NCBI GenBank assembly: GCA_028534125.1
Contig: CM052817.1
Location: 87,422,001 to 87,486,000 of the forward strand
Length of the DNA: 64,000 nucleotides
DNA from: Lama glama
Taxonomy: Eukaryota
Reading direction: 5' to 3'
Below, one piece after another: positions 12,635-26,269 of the stretch (the first letter of the stretch is position 1; the number at the start of each line of letters is the position of its first letter). The notes beneath the pieces were generated by a model. It saw only the letters and a list, made by a program, of their open reading frames with translations. It ran no database searches and had not been told where the DNA came from. Both the position numbers and the translations under genes were made by a program.

Positions 12635-13790
12635 CCTGAATACATTTGTTAAGTCATGTAACAAATACTTTTCAAGAGTCTACTGTATGCCGAACAGTGT
12701 GCTGTACTAGAGTACATGGGAATCAGCAAGGCAGACTCAACCCCAAGTGTTTAGAGTTTACAAGCTAACAGGTGAAGAAACAAAGTGATAAACAAAAGAT
12801 AAATGTCATTGGATATGGTGGTGCTAACAATGAAAGAAAGGCTCCAATGCACAACGCCATGGGGTGCCTTTTTTGGATTAATAGTATGGGAAAGCCCCTC
12901 TGAGGAGCTGACATTTAGACAAGCCCTGAGGATAAGAAGAAGCCAGAAATGCAAATATTTGAGGAAAATACTCCCAGGAAGAGTGAATTATGTTTATTAA
13001 AGGCCTGATCCAGGAAAGAGCTTACTTATCTTGGGAATTAAAAGAACAATGTGTTTAGAATAAATTGTATAGTAAGACAGTTTTAAAATGAAATGGATGC
13101 ATGTGATAGATTATGCAAGACCTTCTAAATCATATTTAAAGGTGTTAGATATTATTATAAGTGCAACTAAGAAGCTATTGAAACAGTTTCACAAACTTGG
13201 TAGGACTGCAGACCAGCCTGAAAGTTATTTTAGTGTTCTGGTGAGAAATACACCTTTGTCTCTAAGGTCATGGCAGTAACAGTGAAAAATAAGTAAATGA
13301 ATATGAGAAATTAGGTGAGACAATTATGGAATTTGATGATGGATGTAATTAAGTAAAGGAAAGAGCAGGGTTAAGGATGACTCCCAAACTTCCTCTTAAG
13401 GTGAATGGTAATAGTATTAAAGTTGGTAAGAGAAATAGAGAAAGAAATTAATTTGAATAGAAAGGAAATCAAGAATTTGGCTTTGGGTGTAAGTTTAAAC
13501 TTCTTAAGACATATTCTATTCCAGATGTGAAAGGTGGACAAGTTAGTATGGAACTCAAAGAAGTGATCGGCTCTGGGATACACATCTGGTTCACCTTTAT
13601 AAAGAGATCACTTAAACAATCTAAAATGAGAAGGCAAGGAGAAGGGAAGAAATCTCAGAGCAGAGAATTAAGGAACTCTTCTATTTAGAGGTGGATGGAA
13701 GAAGAGGACCTAGCCAAGGAGACAGAGCAAGAATTGATAGAAGACAGGAAATGTTGAGGCACATATCTCAAGAGAAAAGGTTGCAGACAA
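12635..13790 (-). mobile_element. L2 LINE 3' fragment
   Basis: Starts with antisense L2 tail ('aacaaatacttt...ctactgtatgcc'), followed by 'ctctgaggagctgacattt' and 'aaggatgactccca...gaatttggctttgg'. Confidence 0.8.
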
Positions 13791-14160
13791 GTAGCAATAT
13801 CCCAAGAAAAAATTAATGGTTTACTGACAAATATTCTTACAATTGGACAGAAGACAGTATCAGAGAATACAGGCAGAAGTACAAGGAGCTCTGTGTTTCT
13901 CTGTGAAAATTATCTGTGAATGTCTCTGTGCTACTCTGAAAGCATCACGGAGTCCCTGGATGTGACACCAGGATTCGGGCAAGCTGTAGGAATGTGATTT
14001 GATGCAGGAATCTAGGTTTCAGTGTCAAGGATTATGACTTAGAGACTATGATGAGAACCAGTTTAGAATTTGGGGGGTTCACAATATAGCACCTTTTTCT
14101 CTGTTTCTGTTCAGTAAAAATGTGAGACAATAGACAGAAAAGAGTTAAGCAGATCACTTT

Positions 14161-14639
14161 TGTGAACTAAAAATACTGTAAACCATATCAGTAAACAACG
14201 AATGCTAAAGCCATCAAGTCATCAGCGGCTGCCGCCACCCCCCAGTGAAGACAAGCCTGCAGCCCGGCCTCTGCAGCCACTCACAATGGTGCACCCTGAG
14301 GGGACTCAGAATAAGAAAGGACAGGATACTGGCCCTAGATAGCTAGGTGCTTGTCAAAGGAATGAATACAATGAGCCCAGACATTTGCTTCCTCCCATAC
14401 ATAGAAAAGCACTAGATTCTTTAACTTCAGATGCCTGGTTTTCTTTAGATAACAAGCAATCTTTTATTGTTCCAACTACCTGGTCTTTGTTGTAAAGCTC
14501 CTATATATCCTAGCTCCTCCCCTACCTCTTCAGAGCAGTCCCTCAGAGCCATCTGAGAGGCTCTCATCCCGGCTCCAGTCCTCCCGCCAAATAAAACATA
14601 ACTCTCAACTTTCAGGCTGCACATTTATTTCCATCAACT
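14161..14639 (+). mobile_element. Solo ERV1-class LTR with 4-bp TSD
   Basis: Begins TGTGAAC and ends TCAACT (the expected terminal CA appears mutated). CTTT flanks both sides (14157-14160, 14640-14643). TATA-like 'ctatatatc' at ~14501 and AATAAA at 14590-14595. Confidence 0.85.
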
Positions 14640-15789
14640 CTTTATTACCGATAGAATCTAGATTGGCAGTTAGGCCTACGATAAGCATCTTGGTAGCGAA
14701 ACCCAGAATTGGAGTCTTATCCATTGAATCACAGGAGTAATCACAGGCTTTCCATACAGGGGGGCCGATCCATATAAGACATATAGCATGGTAGAGTAGA
14801 GCTGAAAATGTGCTTTCATTGGGCTTCAGGCTTCCAAACTCACTATCTCAAAAGTTAATCCAACTTCCCTTGTGATGTAGACCATGAGGTAATGGAGCTG
14901 GAGACTAGGAGTGTTCAGAAAAATCTCACTTCATGGAAACCAGTAGAGACAGTGTGGGGAAAGCCATCCTCCTCACACCCCAGCAGACATGCTCACTGGT
15001 ACTGTGATAGATACCAAGTTCCTGGCCAAGAAAAAAAGACAGGAGGGAGCTAGTAGAATTGGAATAGAGGTCAGAGTGAACTCATTCTCTAGGATGTCTC
15101 CAGGCTGAGTAACAGAGCTACTGAGCAAGCGTTCATCAGCTTCACCACCAGTAGCGACAGGATTGAACCTGGAGACTGAAGGAGATCTGACTTACAGGGG
15201 CTTTAAGTGACTCCAGCTGTGAGTAGAGGGAATTTTGGCCATGAACACAAATAGATCATGGCCATGGATAAGAAGGCACTACAGCAACCAGAAAACTAAC
15301 AGGTGGGTTTCCTTCTAACAGAATAAAAGAGGAAATCTACACTCTAGGCAGCATAAAAGAAAACTTATGATCAGAGAAATGAGGAATCCTGTTTCCATGT
15401 GTAAGGTAAAGATATAGGGGATTTTGATTCTGCGCAGTTTTATTTATTTAGGAAATGATTTTCATTTAAAAAGCTCAAGGAGGATATGGCAGTTTAAAAA
15501 ATTACAAATAAGCAGCATATTAATCAGAATGTTTGGGCTGAAAATGGCAAAGTCCTAACTCAAACTGCTGGTGTCTAATAGGAGAAAAATTTTAAAGGGA
15601 ATTTGTTGTTGTATCTGGGAAATCAGGTATGGTATGTTTGTCACAGCTGAGAGGGACATACAATGTAAGTTCAGAACTCTATACAATCTTTTCTCGTGCT
15701 GTGTTCTCACTCCTGTTTCCTTCTCACTCTGTATAGACTTGACATAAAACTTTATGTAAGCTTCTCTATGAACTAAGACCCAGGAGATG

Positions 15790-16335
15790 GCCAGAGAGAG
15801 CTGGAGGCAAGGCCACCACTGACTGGCCTGTATGGAGCTTCTGTGTGAATTTGAAAATGTATATATGTCGGTAACTCAATTATCAAAACATACTTCTTCA
15901 AAACAGGACCAGCCATGTGAGCTAGATAATAGCCAATCATAAAAAAAGCACGTCTCTTCCTCTGGTGGAAGCAGCCCTGTGTCAGGGCATGTGGCCTGTC
16001 AAGCAGCATTCAGGCTGGATTTGATCTTCCAATCACCCATCTGTTTGTGCCTAAGTGCAGTTAGCAGGAGTCCCTAGGGCCAGGCTTACATTATCCCACC
16101 AAACAACCCAAAGAAATAGAAAACTCCTTCTCATGGCATACACATATGTAATTAAAGAAAAAAAGACTAATTGCTTAGATCAATGTGGTCATGAATTAGG
16201 ATGCTTTGATTAGTCAGGCACCATTGGAAACACAGGACAAAGAGGGTGGGCATTCTGCCAAAAGCCCAGGGTGTTGTTGCCACAAAAAGGAAAGAAGGGC
16301 TGCTGTGCTGAGTAAATCAAGACAATTGTTCCCTG
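15790..16335 (-). mobile_element. Degenerate MaLR LTR (MLT1J/K/L-like)
   Basis: End 'ggtgttgttgccacaaaaagg...tgctgtgctgag...caattgttccc' resembles an old MLT1 terminus. Confidence 0.45.
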
Positions 16336-16389
16336 CCTCCCATAGCTTGCCTGCCCCCTCCCCACAAAAGACATTTAGAGAATGCATAT

Positions 16390-17893
16390 ATGCCCTCTCA
16401 GGAAAATTCTTCTCTTAGATTCTAAACATGTTCACAGTTCTCTAACTCACACACACACACACGAACACACACACACACACACATGAACACACACACACAC
16501 ACTCTAAAACAAACAACAAATTCCTGTCTCTAAATATCACCCTCCAGTTATTGGGCCACTGCTCTTTTTTCTTCTTTCTTTCACATGCAGATTTCTGAAA
16601 ACTGTCTCCTAAATTTGCCGCCTCCACTTCTTTTACTTTCATTTCTCTAGCTCAGTCTACGCATTCTCAAATCAAATTCTCCTAAAACAGTTTTTGTTAA
16701 GGCTACACACAACCGTGTTGTTGCTAAATCCAAGAAACGTTTTTCAGTTTTCACCTAACTTGACATCTTGGCAGAATTCGACTTCTTGAAGACGTTTCTT
16801 CCCTTGAAAAAAGTGACTCCATACTACCTTACTTTTCCTAGCATCTTTGGACAATTTCAGTGCTCCTTGCAGGTTCATCTTCCCGATTCCAGCTGTTCAA
16901 TGTGCGGGCACCGCGGATCTTGGTGCTTGGCTCACTTCTCTTTCCTCACTTTATATTCCCCCTAAAAGTAATCTCATCCATGGTTATGTCTCAGAATAGA
17001 GGTGTACAGAGATGGCTAAAACTCTGTACCTCCAGCCAGAGAATTCCCTATGGGCTATAGATCCCATACCAACTGCCATGCTCTGAGGGTCTTAGAGCAC
17101 CTTTAATTAAACACGCCCTAGTTAAAAACAAGTTATTTTTCCCTTCTTCCTCCACCAAGCATGCACACATGCACTTAGTCTTCCTCTGTGGAACTGTCTC
17201 AGAGTGTGGTATCGCCACCTGCCACCACTCATGACTGCTGTCTCCTCTCCCTTACCACTCATATTCAGTGTATTTCTACCTCCTATAGACTTAATAACTA
17301 AGTATTTCTTAAATTTATCAATATAATTTCATCTTAATTATCACTATAAGAGCCAACTCTACTGTCACCTCACACCTGGAACTTCACATTCACCATCAAT
17401 AGGTTCCCTACCATCTTCTCCTCTGTCTTCCAACCTCTTCTTTCCAGTGTAGACAAAGACATTTTCTGAAATTCAAATAATATTGCTCATCAACCAAAAT
17501 CGAATGCACTTCCTAAAACATCCCACACTGTTTGTTCCTATCTAGTTCTGTGACTCAATTTTGTACCACCTCCTATCACTGTCTTTCCAGTCAAGAGTCA
17601 TGGGCCTTCTTTCAGTTTTTTAGTATGTGTTTCCTCCTTATACCACAGGACTTTTGCATATATTCCATACTTTTCATTATGAAGGAAATGATTTTTCTTG
17701 CCATTCTTACCTGGTAACCTTAGGTGTTATAGATTTCAACTACATTGTCATTTCTTCAAAGATGTGTTGTCTGACTTTAAATGGGGTGAAATCTCCGTAG
17801 TATGCCCGCTGAAGGATTCATGTATGACTCATTCACAATACTCCTTACATTTGTAATTTTGAATTTCATGTTTGTTGAAAAAAATGAATTAAC
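16390..17893 (+). mobile_element. L2 LINE, decayed RT region to 3' end
   Basis: 'ttgctaaatccaag...cttgacatcttggcagaattcgac' is the decayed DLSAAFD-encoding motif; also 'tacctccagccaga', 'caggacttttgcatat' and tail 'gtttgttgaaaaaatgaatt'. Confidence 0.8.
16448..16502. repeat. Interrupted (CA)n microsatellite
   Basis: Seen directly. Confidence 0.95.
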
Positions 17894-18261
17894 AACATTC
17901 AAACAATTCCTTTACTACCATAACCCCACATACAAAATAAACCATGCTCAACTATCTGCAAAGTAGACATCTCCAGATCTCTACCAACTACTGTATCTAA
18001 TTGCAGCACTAGGACCTGTGGGTTATGTTCAACTTCATTGCTTAGTCACAGACGTGGTTCCTTATGATCCAGCAACAAAGGCCTGAATGGTGCAATGTGT
18101 ATTTTACTGGATCCAATATCATTGGTGGCATAATAATCCCATTAGTTGGGAGAGCTTAAAATGAATAAACAAACTCTAGTTGCTAGTTTATAACTTTAAC
18201 TGTACTGCTTTATAGTATTAATGAACTCTTCCTTTTCTGACAATGGAATGAACTCCTTGGT

Positions 18262-19196
18262 CAGAGGTAGCAGAGGTGCCCCCAGATCTCCCTGCTTCAT
18301 ACCCTAAGACTGAAGAACTCATTTTTCTAAGTGCAGGCAGGAGTCTCACTCAAGAGCTCCCAGATGGATCCATGTCTTGAAGTTATTTTGGATGAATAAA
18401 GCTGCTTTACCCGAGGTCCCACATCCCCTTCCCTTCATGAGAGCATCTCATATCAAGAGACTGGTTGATGCAAATATACAAATTCCTGTCTCTGTATCTG
18501 GGACAATTCTTTAAAGAATCTGTGTTCATTTGCCAGAGCTGCTGTAACAAAGTACCACAAACGGGGTCCTTAGATGATAGAAATGTATTGCCTCACAGGT
18601 CTAGAGGTTAGAAGTCTGAGGTCAAGATGGTCAGGATGCCACCAGGATTGTGTGGCTTATTTCTGAGGGATGTGAAGGAAAATTTTGTTCCAGGTCTCCC
18701 TCCTACCTTCTGGTAGTTGACTGGAAATCATTGGTGGTCCTTAGCTTTTACTGCATCATCCTGATCTCTGCCTTCATCTTCCCACTGCATTCTCTCTTCT
18801 CCCTGTGTGTGTGTCCCCAAATTTCCACTTTTATAAGGACATGAGTCATATTGGAGTAGGGCCCACCCTATTCCACTCTGGCCTCATCTTAAGTAATTAC
18901 ATCTGAAACAACCCTATTTCCAAATAAGGTCACATTCTGTGGCACTGTAGTTTAGGACTTCAGTATGAATTTGGGGGAGGACACAATTCAATCTATCCCA
19001 CCATTCCAGCTCCAGAGCTGCCATGGTAACAGCTGAGGTATCTGTTGCCACTGATTCAGAGCTTAAGTTTTATTTTTTCCACCATCCTTTTCCTTCAATC
19101 TCCCACACATGTTCATCCCCAAAATTCTACTCAGTATCTTTCATGAACTCGACTGTCTAGCTAAACTTCTGCTCTTGGAGAATCTGACTTGCAATA
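18262..19196 (+). mobile_element. ERVL LTR (LTR16-like), split by an MLT1 insertion
   Basis: The left part ends 'gactggttgatgcaaatatacaa...tgggacaattct'. The right part resumes 'ccattccagctccagagctgcc...cagctgagg...tgttgccactg', as in LTR16. Confidence 0.7.
18521..19000 (-). mobile_element. MaLR LTR (MLT1C-like)
   Basis: 'gctgctgtaacaaagtaccacaaac...gaagtctgaggtcaag...ccctatttccaaataaggtcacattctg...ggacacaattcaa'. Confidence 0.9.
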
Positions 19197-20130
19197 TTTT
19201 TGCACTGGAAGTGGCCTAAGACAACAGACCATAAAATAGGATTTTGGAGCTGGGACAGTTGCTGATCAACTGGCTTAGATATAACATAACAGGTGATGGG
19301 TAACAGCTGCAGATGGATAGCTCTGACATATATTAGTATTACAATTGTGAAAATTTTCTGCAGAGCTTGACTGGGTTGGCACATGGATGGATCTGTGGGT
19401 GCAATGTATCAGTAATTTATAAAATATGGGGCAATAATAGTTATAAGCACTATGAAGTGTAATGGTTATTTTAGAGCAATTGATGATTTGGAAAATGACA
19501 AAAAATGCTGAGGGAGGTTGTTCACTAATAAAAAACAATTAACTGTGAATGATAAAGAGCCTCTTTGGATTCATATAAATAGATTCTCATCACCTGAAAC
19601 TTAGAGGCAGACAAATATGACAACCAGGCTCTAGACTTAATGATAAAAGTAGCAGAACTCCAGATAATGATGTATTCTAGATCTCATCAGTTCTAATATC
19701 CCAAGATTGGCCCCTTCATTGGAGACAAGAAACTTTATGAGATTTGGGATAGGAACACTTGGGCTAATGTATCTGAAAATCTTGAATCCTCAGATTCACC
19801 TAAACCTCTAGAAATTCAGAGTTATTCCATCCTTCCCTATTAAAACTACCTTTTACCTGAATATGTTGCAGAGACCTCTGCCTTGCAAGACAACACACAC
19901 TCCCCTGATTAAGATATGCCCACCTCCCTCCTGATTACCATGCCAGTAACTAGCAATGTCAAAGGATGATCCTACTAGAGGAATGCTGGGTTTCTTAACT
20001 GTAAAAAAAAGAACTACATCTCAAAGTAGCGATAGGAAGTGGACAACATATACTGACAGTTGCCAGAAGAAGAGATATGAGGGTGAATCCTGCAGTGAGT
20101 AGATCAAGGGAGGTAGAAGAGAAAGTTGAA
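19197..20130 (+). mobile_element. ERVL internal remnant (leader and decayed gag; ERV3-16A3/ERVL-E-like)
   Basis: Follows the LTR16-like end. 'ggaagtggcctaag...ggattttggagctgg' and 'tgagatttgggatagg...gaaaatcttgaatcctcagattcacctaaacc' resemble the ERVL gag region. No open frame remains. Confidence 0.65.
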
Positions 20131-20179
20131 GAGGAAAGTTTGGCAATCTGTTCCCATGTTCTTTTTTTTACATAATTGT

Positions 20180-20650
20180 AATTAAAGAAAGAAATTTTCC
20201 TATGTAAATGAAGAGATTGACCACATTCATGGGTAGGAAAAATTAATATCATAAAGATGCATCCATTGATTCAAGTAAGTGTTAGGTACTTTTCTGAGAA
20301 ATTGGGATATCTCAGCAAGTCAAATAGAATGTAACTTTCTAATTCCAGCTTTCCACAAGAGAACTTGATAAAGTTAATGCAATTCTGATACAAATGATAG
20401 CAGTACTATTTCCTGAGAAATGTAACGAGTTAATATACAGTTCAAATGGAAGAGTCAAAGACCAAATACAGCCAATTGAAACAAACAAGCAAAAAGTAGA
20501 GGGAAACACTAAGGAAGATGAGTAGAAGGAAGAACAAAGACACATCACATAAACAGAATCACTGTAAGGCTCTCAATGAAAACTCTCCAGTCCTGGAACA
20601 GGGACATTTCAACAGATACAGAAACCAGAGCCACATTGCTGTAAGACTGT
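20180..20650 (+). mobile_element. Highly decayed L1M ORF2 fragment
   Basis: 'taaatgaagagattgaccacattcatgggtaggaaaaattaatatcataaagatg' corresponds to the L1 KW..IPCSWIGR.NI.KM segment. Confidence 0.65.
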
Positions 20651-23600
20651 ATCCCATGGCCTGGGATTTGTGTATTAATTCCCTGAGAATATAGTTCTAG
20701 TGCCCTGGCGTTTAATAGAAATTATTAATTGAATTCACAAGGCGGTCCTGTCAAATTACCAGATAAAAATAATATTATTGAAAAAACTACTTTTGCAATG
20801 AGATCCAATATTTTTTAGAGAAGATTAAGCCTAATATGACTAATATGGCTTATTTTGCTAAAAATAGTTAAAAAATAATTTCAGTTTATTAAGTATTGAC
20901 GCTAGTGTCAATTCGTTTAGTTCACTTAAACTCGCAACACCAGGGTCTTCTTTTGTGCAAAGTAAGATGTTTAGACTAAACGATTTCTAATCTCTCTTTC
21001 TCTTATAGATTACCAAGAACCTGTTTTTCTTCCAGTGTTATTTTGTCTCAATTTCCTAGCTTTAATTTGGCTCAGAAATAGAATCTTTTTTGGTTTTTTT
21101 CCACAATTATTACCTGTTTTATAGAACCTATCATATTTCCTATGTGCACCTACTGCTGTTATTTTGCGTCTCTCCATTTCCCTGAGAACTGTGAGATATC
21201 TGAAAATATTTCTTTTATCATTTGTCTCTCCATTCTTAGGCCCCACCCATCAAAGTGTCTACACCCTGTAGGAAAACAGGGTTTTGTTTAATGATTGATC
21301 AATTTTTTTCTATAGGAACTGAAATCTCGGCTTTTAAAATGTCAAACCCAGACCTTAACCTTTCAGACAAATTGGCAAACACTCATTTATACTCAGTTTT
21401 TAAAAACAGAAGCCTTTACATATAGAGCTAATTGGCTTCTACCTGTATAACACAATTACCCTTAAAAAGGTGTTTTCTTTGTACCAAACCACTGGTTGAA
21501 ATTATAAACGTTTGCTGGTAAAATGTTGGAGAGGGTTTATTACCTTTTTTATTAGTATAGATTATTGTGTTTTAAATTGTCTTCTCTGACCTGAAATGGA
21601 AATGTATAACCAAATTTCCAGTGACCTCCAAAACATAAGGCAGGATGACTATTTGATTCAGGAGCTAAGCTCACAGTGTCTTTGTTAATTTTATTAACCA
21701 GAATCTTCTTTCTCTAGTGAGAATGAAAATAAACATGTACAAGGTATCTGTTAAACCCAGAAAATACAGTAAGAGGACAATATGCCAAGAGTTGAACCAG
21801 GCAGAAGAGTTGTATCTACAGAAAGCCTTTAACCACTTACTTGTAGCTTCTGGCTGACTTGCTGGTAGCTATATTGACAATATTTTGGTTACCTCAGTTT
21901 TCCTGAGACATTGATATTCCCTGAGAGGATCCTGGAAATAGGATATTCTTTCCTTTTTCATTAATGAAATCCCAAGTATTTCATAGCAAAATTGGAGACC
22001 TGGTCATGAAATTGTCTACTTTTATGAAGTGTCCTATTAATTTAAAAAGACGTAACCATCTTAGAAATGTAGCTATCTTCCAAATATCCTTTGATATACT
22101 TATTTACATAGCCCCTCTGCTGCTCTGACTTCATTAAAAATCACCAAGGATAGTAACCAATATTAGCAGGATCCACCACACTGTGTCATACAGGTAACAT
22201 GTGTTAAAGGTTTATTAGTGAAATACTTTTAAGCAACCCTCAATTAAGCTTTATATGACTTAGTACTGAGCTTTGTAATATATACTTTGGATCAATAAAA
22301 AATAAAATATGTTTAAAAATAAAACACAAATTGCATCTGATATTGATTGACAAGGTTTGGTTTCAGTTTTCTCTAAGCCATAAAATAATAATATATTGAA
22401 AATAATTCTTTTGAACAAAATGGATGTACTAAATTCCTAATGCAATTCGGCATCAGATTTTAACTCTAAGTAGTTATTTAGCAGAATCAGCAGTTTAGCC
22501 TAATAAGAAAAAAAAAATAGTCTTTTAATTATGATAACTTGGTTTATTGGACATGTGACTCATTTTTTTTATATTATAATTGCTCTCAATTATTTTTAGT
22601 ATAATTTGAGGCTGGAAAATAATTATAGAGGCAAAAGAAATAAAATGCATTTCATGATATTTGAAACTCATAAAAGAACACTAATCCAATGTGATTGAGA
22701 AGATGAAATTTAAATGCATATCTTTCAAATTGATGTCCCATGACTACTTATTAGTTTCATTCTACTGAAATACTAATAGCATTAGCTATTTGTGTATCAC
22801 AAAGAAAGTAAATAAGAAACATGGAATTTTTATTACGCAATTATTATCTTTAAATTATATGGAAACTTTAAAAATAATTATGATTCAAATTAACATATAT
22901 TATGTGCACATTAACATATATTAAATACATGACTGAATGAAGACATAAAATTCATGAGTTAATACCCTCTTCAACATCAGATTTTTAAAAATATCATTCC
23001 TTCTTTCAGATTGTTAAGTGGATAAAAACTTGGAATATTTTGTGCTGTATTTAAAATAGAATCAATCCAACCCTATTGACTCTTAAAAGTTTATTAGAAT
23101 ATTATCTTCCTCAAAAAGTACAATTCCTGAAATACTGAAAATTGATTTTATTATTAATGATGTATTTTACGTATTCCCCTAAAATTAACACATTTATAAT
23201 TATTTAGATAACTTAAGGGTGCTTTTGAAATATAAATATTTATGAAATATTAATGAATCATGTGGATAGTTTCATGAAAATATTCTGTATAATCTTTCAG
23301 AAATTACTACAAAGAAATCTATATAGGTAAATTATAGATTTAATTTAATGCTAAAAACTCTGACCTGACGAAAGTGAAATATTAGGTGAAGATTTCACAT
23401 CTTATTCTTCAAAAATATGGCTCAACATGCTACATTATTAATTATACCAATCCACACATAATCTCCTTATATATATCAAAAATGTTCATATTTGTAAATA
23501 ATCCATAAAAGATAATTACTGACTTTAAAAATAATACATAAAGACTTGCTAAATAAAAAAAATTCAGGGTAAGTATTTAAGAGAGGGTTAAAGCATTATC

Positions 23601-25884
23601 CTTTATGGTAATGGAAGAGAAATAGCATTGGAATTGGGATGAGATGCTTTATAGTTCTGAATGAAGTTTTAAATTTAGTTGTCTATTCTTCATAAAATAA
23701 AATCCTGTTAAAGGTGAAGACTTAGAGAAATCATATAATTTGTAAAAAAGCATTTTTCACTTTAAGTACAAATACATGCTCATTAATAGTCAGGCATTAT
23801 TTATGATCTATTTGTATACTATTATTTATACAGGCAGATTGGATTATAACTAGAACACAGATAGGTTTATATTCTCTCTGCAATCTATGAAAGTCAGGAT
23901 ATTAATGGTTCATTGTTTTCAAGGCAGCTTCTCAGGTTACATGGGCCTTGCAGGCATGACTTCATTCTCCTTTCATTTCTTTGAGGAGAATAGGGTCATG
24001 TATATAATCTATTCTTATATATGACTTTGGAATTTTAACATTTAGCATATATCTTTCCTTTAATACACCTGTGGGTATTAAAAATTTTGCAAGAAAAAAA
24101 AGAAAGTTAGAGCCATACTCTTGAATTCCTCCTTCTTGCAACAGGAATTGCAAGCATTCATAATTGAAAAATGGAATTCAAGGAGTCAAATTGTTTAAAG
24201 GGATTAGTAGAACTAATGCAGGGATAGAGGATTTCATGGGATAGAATATGCTGCTTTGACTAGTAAAGAAAGACTAAGGAAAGCAGTTAAAATAATGGCC
24301 ACCTTTAGCAGAATGGATTAAGTTATTTACCACTACCTTCATAAGAGGAAATGTTTATTGCTACAGTTATGGATTTAAAAACACAGGCAAATGAACAAAC
24401 CAACAAAACTTTAAATAAACTGATTCCTGTCATACTGAACCATGGCATCCCAGAGAATGCAATTTTGCATTCACATCTGAGAGAGTCCTGGAAGTGCCAG
24501 AGAGAAATGTTTTGCAGAGATCACCAATGGTTATCACTTCCACAGGCACGACCAGGGTCGGGAAATATCAGGTCTGAAACACAAATGCTGAAATCACAGG
24601 GCAAGAGATCAGGCAGACTTCCTTGGGAAGTGCCTACTTCATTAGCAAGTTTGCTTCATATTCAGTCTGAGATTTCGTTTGGGGATAATACGTAGATTGA
24701 ACTACCAGCAGATAAGAACAAGATTTCAGTAAAAGAAATTCCTCTGGTTACGACTTAAGCACATCTGTGCTTAGAAAAACTGGAGGATTAAAATATAGAT
24801 TTATTTCATATTTATAAGAGAATTGCCTTTAAAGAAAGAACAATTTATGCAAAGCTAAAGGAAAAATAGAGGAAAATACAATAGGAACTCCTGTTTTTGT
24901 GGTTTTAGAAAATGTTTTCTTGATAATGAAACAGGTATATTTGCTAGTATGATTTTAATAGAAGAAACGGAAGATTGAATTGTCAGGTTAGTAAAATTGC
25001 TTAAGGCAGAAGTCTTTAGAGTTTCTTTGTTTTGTTTTTTTTATTTTCCACCACATTTGCCTTTCCCTGTTCTAATAAATTTTTTTAAATTACTAAACAT
25101 TGAATGTATAATATTCATATTTCAACATAATGCATCTAAATAATTTCTCATCTTGAGTGAACCATATTTTATACTTGTGCCGCAAATTCCCTAACTCCTA
25201 ATTAAGTTTTCCAAAGCCATAGCAATGCAAGTGGCCTGATTCTAGATGAATAATGTCAAGCTCAGTAAGAATTACTGAACTCTGGTATCAGTAAAATAAT
25301 CTGGCACTTGTTTTATATTGTACACATCAAGAAAACTCTCAAAGGAAAATAAAGTCTAATCTAGTCATTATTAAACGTTTATTAGTCACAACTCAAAATC
25401 TCATTTATTGTATTGCAGCAAAGAAACACCTATTTCCCAAGCACAAACGTCTTGAAGTTTTGATAATTAAAGCTTTGGATGTCAATATTCTTCTAGCTAA
25501 AGGTAGCAGGAATTACGGTGCTTATCTAATAATGAAAGTGTATTTTTTTACCATTCAATTTTCTTATTTACAACCTAAGCCACATTATTTTATATCTTTC
25601 CTTTCAAATTAACTAACTGAATACTTTTAAACTACTGCTTTGTGACTGACTTAAAAATATACAGAAGGAATGTTTTAAAAGATAAATTAAGTAGAATAAA
25701 ACACATTGATGGCTTAGCATTATAATTTATGAAATTATTTTGACATTTAAAATATAGAAACTATATGTTTGTTTTTTTCTCTCCATCCATGATAAATGCT
25801 AAATGAGCATGAGAGAAAAAAATAACTAGGGAAACCAAAGAAATAATAAAATTCTCAGGACTGTTTATTTGATAACTCTCATAA

Positions 25885-26230
25885 TTCTTTTTTTCTTCAG
25901 CTTTACTGAAATTTCATTGAAAAATAAAATTATGAGATTTTTTAAAGTGTACATCATGGTGATTTGATACCCTTATACATTGTGAAAGGATTTTTCCCAT
26001 CTAGTTAACACATCCATCACCTCATGTTTATTTATCTTTTTTTCGGTGAGAACATTTAAGTTCTACACTCTTAGCAAATTTCACTTACACAATACAGTAT
26101 TATCAACTATAGTTACCATATTATACATTAGCTCCATAGACCTTATTCATCTCATAGCTGAAATTTTGTACCCTTTTACCAACCTCTCTGTCTCCTCCAA
26201 CCCCCAGGCCCTGGCAGCCACTATTTCTTA
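25885..26230 (-). mobile_element. L1 3' UTR fragment (L1MA9-like)
   Basis: 'cagctttactgaa...gtgagaacatttaagttctacactcttagcaaattt...caggccctggcagccac'. Confidence 0.85.
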
Positions 26231-26269
26231 GAATATGAGATTTCCCTTCTATGAGTCTCTTACTTCAGG

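Noticed and set aside
19197..20130. Domesticated ERVL gag gene
   Set aside because: No sense-strand ORF of 60 aa or more in the track; the sequence is heavily decayed.
20985..21190. Strong-looking plus-strand splice acceptor 'tttctaatctctctttctcttatag'
   Set aside because: It appears to overlap a decayed MIR-like fragment, has only a weak downstream donor and shows no coding signal.
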